Source: Nitrospinota bacterium
Lineage (GTDB): Bacteria > UBA8248
NCBI GenBank assembly: GCA_030754595.1
Contig: JASLZZ010000050.1
Coordinates: 1 to 58,283, forward strand
Direction: 5' to 3'
Length of the DNA: 58,283 nt
Shown: piece by piece, positions 31,082-40,644 of the stretch
How positions within the stretch are numbered: the stretch's first letter is position 1
Layout: each line of letters begins with the position of its first letter
Notes under the pieces: generated by a model
Database searches by the model: none
What the model saw: the letters and a program-made list of their open reading frames with translations, nothing else
What the model was told of the DNA's origin: nothing
Program-made: the position numbers and the translations under genes

Positions 31082-31747
31082 TCACCCACCTGGCGGCGCC
31101 TGGGGGAACTCGCCGGGCCAGCGCTCGGCCATTTGGACGATATAGGCCCTCAAGTCATCGGGGTCCTGGCGGCGGCTGTCGCTGATGCTCTCCACCCGGC
31201 CGTCGTCCTCGAGCGGAATCCGCAGGGCGTCCTGGAAGCGGTTGCGCATGTTGAAATAGGTGATGACCATCGTGAGCTCAACGACCTCGGCGGGTGAATA
31301 TTGGCGGTGCACCTCCTCGAACACATCGTCGCGCGCCTTGGCCGTGTTGAGCGTCACATGCTCGGCCCAGAGGATCGCCGCCCTCTCGCGGCCGTCAAAA
31401 AGGGGCGAGTCCATATAGGCGTCCGAGGCGATGGTTTCAATCTGCTCGTTCGTGATTCCCGCCGATTGACCAAGGGCGGTGTTGTGCGCGAGTCAGTAGG
31501 CGCACCCGTTCAGGTGGCTCGTCTTGATGACGGCCATCTCCTTGATCTTCGTCGGCAGGGTGGTTCCCAGACCCTCGCGCATCAGCGCGACCGTCAGCGG
31601 GAGGATCATCTTGGCCACATAGGGCTGGTGGGCCATCACCCTGAAGGAGTTCGCCACCCTCCCCAGGAGCCGGGTCACGCCCTCGAAAAGGGCCGTCGCC
31701 TCTCCCCTGCCCTCCTCGGGCGGAATCGGGCGGATTCTCGCCTTCAT
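31082..31747 (-). CDS. AhpD-like (CMD family) protein, probable selenoprotein with CxxU (TGA at 31495-31493 = U85)
   Basis: ORFs 31493..31747 and 31082..31414 are in frame: TSHLNGCAY-U-LAHNTALG...ERAAILWAEHVT...EVVELT...YFNMRNRF. Confidence 0.92.
31459..31479 (-). promoter_or_regulatory. Candidate SECIS hairpin for the AhpD-like gene
   Basis: CCGCC-C-TTG-GT-CAA-TC-GGCGG starts 14 nt after the UGA, with a GU-containing apex. Confidence 0.6.
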
Positions 31748-31769
31748 GTCAGCCTCCTTTCGGCCGGGC

Positions 31770-32165
31770 CTATTTGCTCTCCTCGGCCTGCTCGTCGTGA
31801 ATGCGCTTGAGGGCGTAGAGGCCCTCCATGAGGACCGGGGCGCCGCCGCCGATGCTGGCTACCTCGAAGGCCTCGAGGACTTCCTCCATCGTCGCGCCCA
31901 GGCGCAGCGCCTTCTTCGAGTGGGTGTAAACCTCATGCTTCATGCCCTTGAAGGCGAGGAGTCCGATTTCGATGAGTTCGCGCGTCTTGGGGTCGAGGTG
32001 GCGCGTCTCCTCCTTGAAAAACCCCCAGTGCATCTGGCAGTAAACCTCGAAATAATCCGGGTCGAGTTCGGCCCCGAAGCCGAGCACGTCATATACGAAG
32101 CCTCTGTCCTTATGAATTCTATCGGTGATGCGTTTAACTTTTTCCTCGCGGGTTTCCGGCGCCAT
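31770..32165 (-). CDS. Carboxymuconolactone decarboxylase (CMD/AhpD) family protein
   Basis: LDPKTRELIEIG...HSKKALRLGATMEEVLE motif. Confidence 0.85.
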   Translation of the reverse strand: MAPETREEKVKRITDRIHKDRGFVYDVLGFGAELDPDYFEVYCQMHWGFFKEETRHLDPKTRELIEIGLLAFKGMKHEVYTHSKKALRLGATMEEVLEAFEVASIGGGAPVLMEGLYALKRIHDEQAEESK

Positions 32166-32258
32166 TTTCTTTCCTCCAGGTATGAGAATATTACTAGAAC
32201 AAGATAAAATCCGGCCGCCCGTTAACGCGCGCGGCCAATCGATAGCATTTAGTTCGAA

Positions 32259-32654
32259 TCATGCCGAGGCCTTTCTCTCCTCTAGGACGGCGTTGAGGCA
32301 TTTCACGCCCATCATCAGGGAGGGACCCCCCGCAGGAAAAATCAGGCATTGGACGGTCTCGAAAATCTCATCCTCCGTCGCCCCCAACTCCAGCGCCTGC
32401 TGCATGTGATTCTTCACGTAGGTCGCGGTCTCCGTTGCCGGCAGGCGGACGCACAGGGCGGCGATGATGATGAGTTCCCTGAATTTTTCGGAAAGCGCCC
32501 CCTCGCGCTTGATGACGTGATTGTAGAGCGCGCTCTGGCGGACGTGATATTCAGGGTCCTTGTTGATGTAAAATTCCTGCTCGGGCAAAACCCAGCCGCG
32601 GTCCGCCCGAGTCTTCTCGATCAGTGCTTGTTTTTCCGTTTCATCCATCGGCAT
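32259..32654 (-). CDS. Carboxymuconolactone decarboxylase (CMD/AhpD) family protein
   Basis: LSEKFRELIIIA...HMQQALELGATEDEIFE motif; AAGGAGG RBS. Confidence 0.85.
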   Translation of the reverse strand: MPMDETEKQALIEKTRADRGWVLPEQEFYINKDPEYHVRQSALYNHVIKREGALSEKFRELIIIAALCVRLPATETATYVKNHMQQALELGATEDEIFETVQCLIFPAGGPSLMMGVKCLNAVLEERKASA

Positions 32655-32681
32655 ATCCTCCTTGATGAGACCGCCCCCGGC

Positions 32682-32724
32682 CAGCAAACGGGCGGAGGGA
32701 TATTCCCCCCCCCGCCCGTCTGCT
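32682..32724. terminator. Long intergenic hairpin after tctC (terminator or mRNA-stabilising stem)
   Basis: CAGCAAACGGGCGGAGGGA-TAT-TCCCCCCCCGCCCGTCTGCTG imperfect inverted repeat. Confidence 0.5.
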
Positions 32725-32762
32725 GAGCCGAAAACGCTTCCTTAAAGATGAAACATCTCGAT

Positions 32763-33749
32763 TTACTTTTTCTTTTTGAAACCCATGTCTTTGAAGACTT
32801 TGCCGTAAAAATCGATCTGGCCTAAATATGCTTCCTTAAGTTTGGGACCCGATAGCGGCGAAAGTTTCTCGCCGAATTTTTTGACCAGCTTTTTCAAGGT
32901 CTTGCTCTTGGAGGCCTTGTGGAGGGCTGTTTTGAGAATTTCGATCCGGTCCTTGGGCGTGCCCTTGGGTGCGATGAATACGCGCCATGATTTATATTCA
33001 TAGTTCACCCCAAGTTCATAGAAGGTGGGATGATTGGGAAACTCTGGCATGCGGTTTTTGGACGCCGTGGCGATCAGGGTAAGATCGCCGCTCTTGACCC
33101 GGCCCAGGGTGCCGCCCGTGGTGACGTTTGCCCAACCTAAATCCGTGTGGCCACCATACATGGCCTGCCAGGCCTTGCCGCCGCCCCGGAAGGGAACGTG
33201 TTTGAATTTGACGTTCGCGGCCCGCATGATCTGTATGATACCCAGATGGCTTGAGCCCCAGGCACCGTTCGAGGAGATCGAAATCTTGCCGGGGCGTTTT
33301 TTGGCGTCGTCGATCAGGTCCTTATAAGTCTTCCAGGGAGTCGTGCTTTTTGTCACGAGCATAAACGGGGAACCATTGACCTGGAAAACCGGAATAAAAT
33401 CTGTTTTGGGATCAAAACCCATATTGCGAGCGTGGGGCGCGATGGCGAAGTGCGAGCCCGAGCCGAGGGCGATGGTGTAGCCGTCGGGTTTTGAGCGCTT
33501 GAGGGCGGTCATGCCGATCTTGCCGCCGGCGCCGCCCCGCACCGTGCACAGAAATGGCTGTCCCAGGTATTCGTGAATCACACTCGCCACCGCCCGGCAA
33601 TGCATGTCGTGCGAACCGCCCGCACCGGTGGCCAAAATCACCTTGATGGGCTTAATCGGATATTTCGCCGCCCCGGCCTGGGGCGCGGCCATGAGCACAA
33701 TCGCCGCGGCCATGGTGAACATCCACAGTAATACTTTTCTTGTAAGCAT
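32763..33749 (-). CDS. Tripartite tricarboxylate transporter substrate-binding protein (TctC/Bug)
   Basis: Signal peptide, YPIKPI, AGGSHD, GAGG, PDGYT and HVPFRGG motifs. Confidence 0.93.
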   Translation of the reverse strand: MLTRKVLLWMFTMAAAIVLMAAPQAGAAKYPIKPIKVILATGAGGSHDMHCRAVASVIHEYLGQPFLCTVRGGAGGKIGMTALKRSKPDGYTIALGSGSHFAIAPHARNMGFDPKTDFIPVFQVNGSPFMLVTKSTTPWKTYKDLIDDAKKRPGKISISSNGAWGSSHLGIIQIMRAANVKFKHVPFRGGGKAWQAMYGGHTDLGWANVTTGGTLGRVKSGDLTLIATASKNRMPEFPNHPTFYELGVNYEYKSWRVFIAPKGTPKDRIEILKTALHKASKSKTLKKLVKKFGEKLSPLSGPKLKEAYLGQIDFYGKVFKDMGFKKKK

Positions 33750-33780
33750 GTTGTCCTCCTAACGAGTCAACGAATGCGGC

Positions 33781-35265
33781 TTAGTTGTCGGCCCAGGGCC
33801 GCTTCCAAACCGCCATTCCCAAAAGCGCTACACTAAGGAAAATAAAAAAGGCCGAAATCGGCCGGGTCAAAAAGACGAAAAAGTCCCCGTCAGAGAGTAC
33901 CAGTGCCTGCTTCATCGACTCCTCCGCCGAGGCGGTGAGAATGTAGGCGATGACAAGCGGCGCAAGCGGAAAATTCAACTTGCGAAGACCGTATCCGACG
34001 AGGCCGAAGAACAGGGCGAGCTTCACGTCCTCGATGCTATTCTGGTAGATGAAGCCGCCGACCACGCAAAAGAGCAGAATAATCGGCACGAGTAACGACT
34101 GGCGAACGGTGACGATTCGGGCAAACAGGGGGGTCAGAAGCTTGCCCTGAAGCAACATGATGGGATTTCCGAGCAGGAGCAACGTGAAGATCCCGTACAT
34201 GGTCGCGGCATGCTCTTGAAAAAGATTAGGCCCCGGTCTCAAGCCCTGGGCCATGAACGCGCCCATCAGAATGGCGGCCGAAGCGCTGCCCGGGATGCCG
34301 AAAGCCAGCGTGGGAATCAGGTCCGCCCCCGCCACCGCGCTGTTGGCCGCCTCGGCGGCGGCGATGCCCTCGTAGCTTCCCTTGCCGAATTCCTCGGGCC
34401 GCTTGGCCCCGCGCTTGGCTAGCGCGTAGCTGATGAATGTGGCGATGGCAGCGCCGGTGCCCGGAATGGCGCCGACGGCAGTGCCGATGAAAGAGGAGCG
34501 CATGATGGTCCATTTTACGTTGACGAGTTCCTTTAAATCGAGCGACCTGCCCCCCTTGAGGTGGGCCGTTTCGGGTGGAGTGGAAAGCTCGGAGAGTTTC
34601 TTTTCGGACTGGATCAGGACCTCGCTGACGGCGAACAGGCCGATGAGCATGGGAACGGTTCCCACACCATCCATGATGTTACCGATGCCGAAGGTGAAGC
34701 GCTCCGCGCCCGAGATGATGTCCTGGCCGATGAGGCCAATGAGGATGCCGATGAGCATCGAGAGCAAGCCCTTCAAAACCGAAGAACCCGTCACGGCGGA
34801 TATAATCGTCAGCCCCATCACCATAAGGGCGAAGAACTCGGTCGGCCCGAAGAGCAGCGCCACGGCGGCAAGCGGAAAGGCCGCTACGATAAGAACGATG
34901 TCGCTAAATGAATCGCCCAACGTCGATGAGTAAAGCGCCATCTGGATGGCACTTTTAGCCTCGCCCTTTTGCGCCAGGGGATAGCCGTCGAAAGAGGTGG
35001 CCGCGGCAGCAGCCGTGCCCGGCGTGTTAATCAGGACGGACGGAATAGAGCCTCCGAAAAGGGCGCCTTTGTGGATCCCTAACAAGAACGGGATGCCATT
35101 TATCGGCGTCATGAAAAACGAGAAAGGAACCAGGACGGCAATCGCCATCACACTCGTCAGACCCGGTATCGCGCCCACGGTAATTCCCGCGAAAACGCCC
35201 AGCGACACCATGACCAGCGCCTGGAGCGTGATCGCCGCCCATATGGCATTAAAAACCTGCTCCAC
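33781..35265 (-). CDS. Tripartite tricarboxylate transporter large permease (TctA)
   Basis: GAIPGL, GGSIPSVLINTPGT, DGYPLA, AAEAANSA and GIPGS motifs. Confidence 0.95.
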   Translation of the reverse strand: MEQVFNAIWAAITLQALVMVSLGVFAGITVGAIPGLTSVMAIAVLVPFSFFMTPINGIPFLLGIHKGALFGGSIPSVLINTPGTAAAAATSFDGYPLAQKGEAKSAIQMALYSSTLGDSFSDIVLIVAAFPLAAVALLFGPTEFFALMVMGLTIISAVTGSSVLKGLLSMLIGILIGLIGQDIISGAERFTFGIGNIMDGVGTVPMLIGLFAVSEVLIQSEKKLSELSTPPETAHLKGGRSLDLKELVNVKWTIMRSSFIGTAVGAIPGTGAAIATFISYALAKRGAKRPEEFGKGSYEGIAAAEAANSAVAGADLIPTLAFGIPGSASAAILMGAFMAQGLRPGPNLFQEHAATMYGIFTLLLLGNPIMLLQGKLLTPLFARIVTVRQSLLVPIILLFCVVGGFIYQNSIEDVKLALFFGLVGYGLRKLNFPLAPLVIAYILTASAEESMKQALVLSDGDFFVFLTRPISAFFIFLSVALLGMAVWKRPWADN

Positions 35266-35766
35266 TTAAGACGCTCCTACAAACAATTCGCCCTCTGGCA
35301 AGATCACCTTGAAGGAAAACCAGAAAAACCGCTCGATTATAAGCGGCGTCAACAGCGACACAGGTGCGACGAAGCGCCAATCCCGGGTGCCAAAGTATAT
35401 GATGAGAATGGCCAGAAAAAACGGCGAGGTCAGGTGGAACCCAAACCACTCAAGGGCGTATACATAAACCACGGCAAGGATGAAAACGAAAAAAGCCTGA
35501 AAGGAAGACCGCCCACTCGAGCCCGGCATGAGTTCAGGCGTTCCCCTCTCCCGGAGCGCGCTCACCACTAGCAGCACGCTGACCAGCCCGAAAATGCCGA
35601 TTGCTATCTGCGGGAAGGTCTCGGGCCGGAAAATTCGGCCCGCGAACTCACTCTCTGAGGTCGATAAAATGATCTGGGTGGGGACCAGATAGAAATAATA
35701 AACGAGGCTGAAGACCACGAAAAGGACGCCGACGAGGAAATTCGATCTGTTCATCTGGGTGCACAT
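35266..35766 (-). CDS. Tripartite tricarboxylate transporter small permease (TctB)
   Basis: Four TM segments, P.TFP and F.V.LPEG motifs; abuts tctA. Confidence 0.88.
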   Translation of the reverse strand: MCTQMNRSNFLVGVLFVVFSLVYYFYLVPTQIILSTSESEFAGRIFRPETFPQIAIGIFGLVSVLLVVSALRERGTPELMPGSSGRSSFQAFFVFILAVVYVYALEWFGFHLTSPFFLAILIIYFGTRDWRFVAPVSLLTPLIIERFFWFSFKVILPEGELFVGAS

Positions 35767-36209
35767 CCCGGGCGCAATAGGCCCTGTTTAGTGATTCCGT
35801 GGACCGTAGAAATCCACCTGTTTAAAAAGATTTGGCCGGTCAAGTTTGTCTTTGACCAAAAAAAGATACCATCCCTTCGGACGATATCTCAAGCAGTGGA
35901 AAATGAGTGGCGAAATCGGGAAGAACGAATCCTGAAAACGGCCTCTCCCCTTCCCCGAAGGGGTTTGGATACACGGCAGGCGGTTTGAACACACATTAAG
36001 TTTTGGATAGAAGGATGGGAAATTACATTTTTTGGAAAAACCCGAGCAAAAACCGAAAAGATGGAACCGAAAACGCCCGATCTTTTTGAAAATCGCCCAG
36101 CCGTAATAAACGGCCGAAAACTCATTCCCGTCTGTTTATTACAGACGAAACCTCATGCAACCCATGACAATAAGAATTTTTTCTCATCTGGTTTGCAATT
36201 CGATGTCGG

Positions 36210-37289
36210 TTAAGTGCCTGATAACTTGATCGATTCGCCCGTCCGGGCCGCCTCGTCGATGGCGAGTGTCACCTCGACCGTCCGCCTCCCCTCGCGCGCG
36301 GTCGTGTGGGCCGAAGGGCTCCCGATCGCCAGATGGTCGAGCCAGGAGCGCGTCTCGTTGGCGATAGGTCCCCAGAACTCGCCCAGCGCCCAGTCGCCCG
36401 ATGAATTCGTCTGCATGAAAAGCATGTTTACCTGATGGTCGGGGACATAGGCGTGGGGCACGCCGTTGTCGGTGAAAAGGAGGCTGTCCTTGTTGTCCAT
36501 GTCGAGGAGAATCACCCCCTCCTCGCCCAGTATCTCGAACCGGGCGCTTTGCCCGTAGGTCGGGTACTTGGCCGGGAGGGCGTAGAAAATCCCCAAATTA
36601 ACCACGGCGCCGTTCGCGAAGGTGATGATAGTCCAAGTCACGTCGTCCGCCTTGTGGCCCATACCCTTAAAAATTTTCCCGTTGCTACGTGCGACGACCT
36701 CGACCGGCGGGACACCCTCAAGGTACCAGCAGGCCATGTCCACGTAGTAGGTCAGAACGTCCATCACCGGGGTGGCCTCGGGCGAGCGCTTTATAATCTG
36801 GAGCATCTGGGCCCGCGAGTTGTAGACCCGCGAGGTGATTCCGAGTATCTGGCCGAGCCGGCCCTGGGCGATCTGCTCCTTTGCGAGCATCCAGCGGCGG
36901 TCGTGGCGGCGTGAGTAGCCGACCCGAAGCTCCACGCCGGTCCGCTCCACCGCCTCGACGATGCGGTCGGCGTCCTCAAGGGTGAGCGCCAGCGGCTTTT
37001 CGACGAAAACGGGCTTGCCCAGCTCAAGGGCCTGGAGAATCGCCTCGGCGTGATCGTGTTCGGGGGTCGAGACGATGACCGCGTTCACCTCGGGGCGGGA
37101 GATGACCTCCAGATTGTCTCCCGATGAGAGGTGAGCGGCCACGTTTTCGGCGAGGGAGTCCGCCCGCTCGGGGTCCTTGTCCGAAATGGCGAGAAACTTC
37201 ACCGAGGGGTGGCGGGCCGCCATATTGGCCCGCAGGGTTCCGATGCGGCCCGAGCCCACGACGGCGACTCCGAGTTCTTTTTTCTCCAT
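36210..37289 (-). CDS. Gfo/Idh/MocA family oxidoreductase
   Basis: VVGSGRIG, VEKPLA and GYSRR motifs. Confidence 0.92.
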   Translation of the reverse strand: MEKKELGVAVVGSGRIGTLRANMAARHPSVKFLAISDKDPERADSLAENVAAHLSSGDNLEVISRPEVNAVIVSTPEHDHAEAILQALELGKPVFVEKPLALTLEDADRIVEAVERTGVELRVGYSRRHDRRWMLAKEQIAQGRLGQILGITSRVYNSRAQMLQIIKRSPEATPVMDVLTYYVDMACWYLEGVPPVEVVARSNGKIFKGMGHKADDVTWTIITFANGAVVNLGIFYALPAKYPTYGQSARFEILGEEGVILLDMDNKDSLLFTDNGVPHAYVPDHQVNMLFMQTNSSGDWALGEFWGPIANETRSWLDHLAIGSPSAHTTAREGRRTVEVTLAIDEAARTGESIKLSGT

Positions 37290-37392
37290 GGCGATTGGTC
37301 TCCGGCGGTGTTGCGAAGGTTGTATATCGTGATTGAGATTGGGGTATTATACGCCTCCTTCTCTTATTCTCCGACCTTGGGAGCGGCTCACG

Positions 37393-38490
37393 ATGCGAAT
37401 CACGGAAGCGGATGTCTGGGAAACGGCGAGCCAGGTGAACCAGCGCTCGCGAAACCGCTACGGCGGCGCGACACTCCTTGATCGCGTGATCGTCCGGCTC
37501 AGGGACGACGCCGGAAACGAGGGCTGGGGGGAGGCCATGCCGGTCAGCTTCACCGAAGAGACCGGGGCCGCAGACGCCGTAGCGCTCCGGGAGGCCGCCG
37601 GCAAGATCGCGGGGCGCGAGGTGGAGGACCCGGCCGCCGAGGTGGACCGCCTGGCGGATTTCGGCGGGCTCAAGGCGGCCCGCACGGGCCTCGAGACCGC
37701 CCTGCTGGACCTCTGGGCCAGGGCCTCGGGCAGGCCTTTCTCGGACGCCCTGGGCGGCGAGCGGCGGGATCGCTTCGCGCTCGACGGGCCCATCGGCCTC
37801 GTTTCGCCCGAAGAGGCCGCCGAGAAGGCAAAGGGCTTTCTCGCGTCAGGCATCTCCACCCTCAAGGTCAAGGCGGGCCAGGACCTCGAGGCCGACGCCC
37901 GGCGGCTGCTCTCCCTCCGCGAGGTGTTCGGCGACCGAATCCGGCTCCGTACGGACGCCAACGGCGGCTATTCGGCAGATGAGGCGATCCAGTTTACGAA
38001 TAAAATTCTTCCCGCCGGCATCGATCATTTCGAGCAGCCCGTCCTCCCCTCCGGGGAGGGGTGTTTTGATGTATTCAGGGAGATTCGGGCGATGGGCATA
38101 CCTATCGCGGTGGACGAGTCGCTCTTCTCGCTCGATGACGCCGAGCGGCTCATCGCCGAGGACGCCGTGGACGTGGGCGTCATCAAGATCGCCAAATTCG
38201 GCGGGCCGCTCGCCGCGCGTGAGGTGGCCCGCGCCCTCGAGGCGGCCGGAAAGGCCTGCATTCTCAGCTCCTCGTACGAGTCCCATATCGGCAAATCATC
38301 GGGTCTGGCCCTCGCCCTCTCCCTTGAAAACTGCGACCGCGCCCATGAACTCGGCCACTTCGCGCCGGAGGAGGATTTCATCCGCTGGCGCCATGATATT
38401 TCGGGGGGCGTCATGTCGCGCCGCGAGGGCACAGGCCTTGGCGCCGAGGGAATTTTGGACCGGATGGAGGCGATGACCGTTCCCGCCTGA
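37393..38490 (+). CDS. Enolase-superfamily enzyme (muconate lactonizing/dipeptide epimerase subgroup)
   Basis: GWGEA, KVKAG (KxK), DANG, EQP, DES metal ligands and a second Lys in IKIAK. Confidence 0.88.
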   Translation: MRITEADVWETASQVNQRSRNRYGGATLLDRVIVRLRDDAGNEGWGEAMPVSFTEETGAADAVALREAAGKIAGREVEDPAAEVDRLADFGGLKAARTGLETALLDLWARASGRPFSDALGGERRDRFALDGPIGLVSPEEAAEKAKGFLASGISTLKVKAGQDLEADARRLLSLREVFGDRIRLRTDANGGYSADEAIQFTNKILPAGIDHFEQPVLPSGEGCFDVFREIRAMGIPIAVDESLFSLDDAERLIAEDAVDVGVIKIAKFGGPLAAREVARALEAAGKACILSSSYESHIGKSSGLALALSLENCDRAHELGHFAPEEDFIRWRHDISGGVMSRREGTGLGAEGILDRMEAMTVPA

Positions 38491-38597
38491 ACCGCTCCGG
38501 AGCGGACGCGCTCCCGCCTGCGGCGATTGCGTGCCCGGCGGCATTGCGTGCCCGGCTACCCTGACAGGGGGAAACTCCGGCGGACCCGGGCTGCTTG

Positions 38598-40565
38598 TCA
38601 GGCCGCCTCGAGCGAAGGGGACGCGGCGCCGGGCTCGCCCTCGACCAAAAGCCGCTTTCGCTGGATGAGGAAAACCCCGCCCAGAATCAGCGCCCCGGCG
38701 GTATGCGCGAAAATCCCCGGCCAGAAGAGCAAAATGGCGGCGGCGATCAGGAGCGCCCGCATCGGCGCCCCGAAGGGGAAGTACATGTGCCCCACCATCG
38801 CCGCCGAGAGGCCCGTGAACCCGATTATGGCCGCGACCAACGCCTCGAGCGCGGAAAGAGGCTTCGTCCCGATGAGTAGGAGCGGCGTGTAGGCGAACAT
38901 CAGGGGGATGACGTACATGCCCTTCGCCGCCCGGAAGGCGGCCCACGCCGCCTTGGCGGGATTGGCGTCCGCCAGCCCGGCCGCCGTATAGGCGGGCACA
39001 CAGACCGGCGGGGTGAAGCAGCTGTCCAGGCTGTACCAGAACACGATGAGATGGGCCGCCAGCATCGTCAGCCCTATCGACTCGCCCAGCTCCAGCATGG
39101 CCGGGACCGCCATGACCGACAGGACGATATAGGCCGCGCTCGTCGGAAGCCCCATGCCGAGGACGAACGAAGCGATTCCCACCAGCAAGATTCCCAGGAA
39201 AAGGTTGCCCTGCGACAACGAGACGACCAGGGAGGAGAATTTAAGCCCCAGGCCCGTCTGGTAGAGCGCCCCGATGATGATTCCCACGGTAGCCACCGCC
39301 GCGCAGATGGGAAGGGTTTGCTTCGCGCCGCTCTCCATCGCCAGGAAGATATTCCAGACTCCGTCGGCGACGCTCCTGGCGACTTCGCCTGGGCTGACGC
39401 CCTCGGCCCGCGCTTTCTTGATCAGCCTCCAGGCGCCCTTCAGGAAGGCGAGCAACACGACGGTGAGGATGCCGAAGATGCCGGCGTAGGGCACACTTCG
39501 CCCCAACATCAGGTAGGCGAAGATCACCAACGGAGGAAGCAGAAAAAAACCGCCCTCCTTCATCACCAACCACACCGGCGGCACCATGTCGCGGGGCATC
39601 CCCTTCAACCCCCCCTTCCGCGCCTCGAAATGCACGATCATGTAGACCGAAAAGAAATAAAGGGCGGCGGGGAGGACCGATACCTTGACGATCTCCCAGT
39701 AGGAGATTCCCGTGAACTCGACGATGAGAAAAGCCGAGGCGCCCATGACGGGAGGCATGATTTGGCCGCCGGTCGAGGCGGCCGTCTCGATCCCCGCCGC
39801 GGTCTCGGGCTTGAAGCCCGCCCGCTTCATCATCGGGATGGTGAATGTCCCCGTCGTAACGACATTGGCGTTCGTGCTGCCCATGATGGTGCCCGTCATG
39901 GCGCTGGCGAAGATCGCCGCCTTGGCGGGCCCGCCCCGAAGCCTTCCCGCCACGGCGGTGGAGAGCTTGACGTAGAAATCCGCCGCCCCCATCCGGTCCA
40001 GGAACGCGCCGAAGAGGATGAAGAGGAAGATGTAGACCGAGAACACGCTCAGCGGCGTCGTCCAGAGCCCGTCGTAAGTCATGTACTGATGGTCGATGAT
40101 AAGGGTGAATGTCTCGCCCTTGTGCGCCAGCTTCCAAGGGAAATAAGGACCGAAATAGGAATACACCAGAAAAAAAAGCGAGATCAGGGGGAGCGTGGTG
40201 TTGATGGTCCGCCGGGTCGCCTCAAACGAGACGAGGATCGCGCAAATTCCGAGAACGTAGTCGAGCGGTAAGATGGGGTCAACGTAGGGTAGCCGATCGA
40301 TGATGTAATCGGTGAAAAAAACCGGGTAGCCGATCGAGAGCAAGGCCATCACGAGGAAAAGACCCGACGCCCAGGCCCGCCACCCCTTCTCCTCGGGAAA
40401 GCGGAGCAAAAAGATCAGCGTCACCCCGAACATGTAGGAAAGCGTCCGCTGAAACATGGGCTCGTAGCCGCCCGTGTAAGCGATATCCAGGTGATAGTAA
40501 GACATCCCGACGGCTACGGCCGCGATGAGCCAGTCGATCGGTCTCCTCTTGGCGATGTCGGCCAT
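38598..40565 (-). CDS. TRAP transporter 4TM/12TM fused permease
   Basis: GGPAKAA, NVVTTGTFTIPMMK, ASTGGQIMPPVMG, LGMGLPT and TPPVC motifs. Confidence 0.95.
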   Translation of the reverse strand: MADIAKRRPIDWLIAAVAVGMSYYHLDIAYTGGYEPMFQRTLSYMFGVTLIFLLRFPEEKGWRAWASGLFLVMALLSIGYPVFFTDYIIDRLPYVDPILPLDYVLGICAILVSFEATRRTINTTLPLISLFFLVYSYFGPYFPWKLAHKGETFTLIIDHQYMTYDGLWTTPLSVFSVYIFLFILFGAFLDRMGAADFYVKLSTAVAGRLRGGPAKAAIFASAMTGTIMGSTNANVVTTGTFTIPMMKRAGFKPETAAGIETAASTGGQIMPPVMGASAFLIVEFTGISYWEIVKVSVLPAALYFFSVYMIVHFEARKGGLKGMPRDMVPPVWLVMKEGGFFLLPPLVIFAYLMLGRSVPYAGIFGILTVVLLAFLKGAWRLIKKARAEGVSPGEVARSVADGVWNIFLAMESGAKQTLPICAAVATVGIIIGALYQTGLGLKFSSLVVSLSQGNLFLGILLVGIASFVLGMGLPTSAAYIVLSVMAVPAMLELGESIGLTMLAAHLIVFWYSLDSCFTPPVCVPAYTAAGLADANPAKAAWAAFRAAKGMYVIPLMFAYTPLLLIGTKPLSALEALVAAIIGFTGLSAAMVGHMYFPFGAPMRALLIAAAILLFWPGIFAHTAGALILGGVFLIQRKRLLVEGEPGAASPSLEAA

Positions 40566-40644
40566 GCGGGATCCTTCATGGGGCGGCTCTCACCCCGCGG
40601 CGTCAAGCGCCGCCGCGGGGTGAAAACGAACTGGCTGAGCGCCC

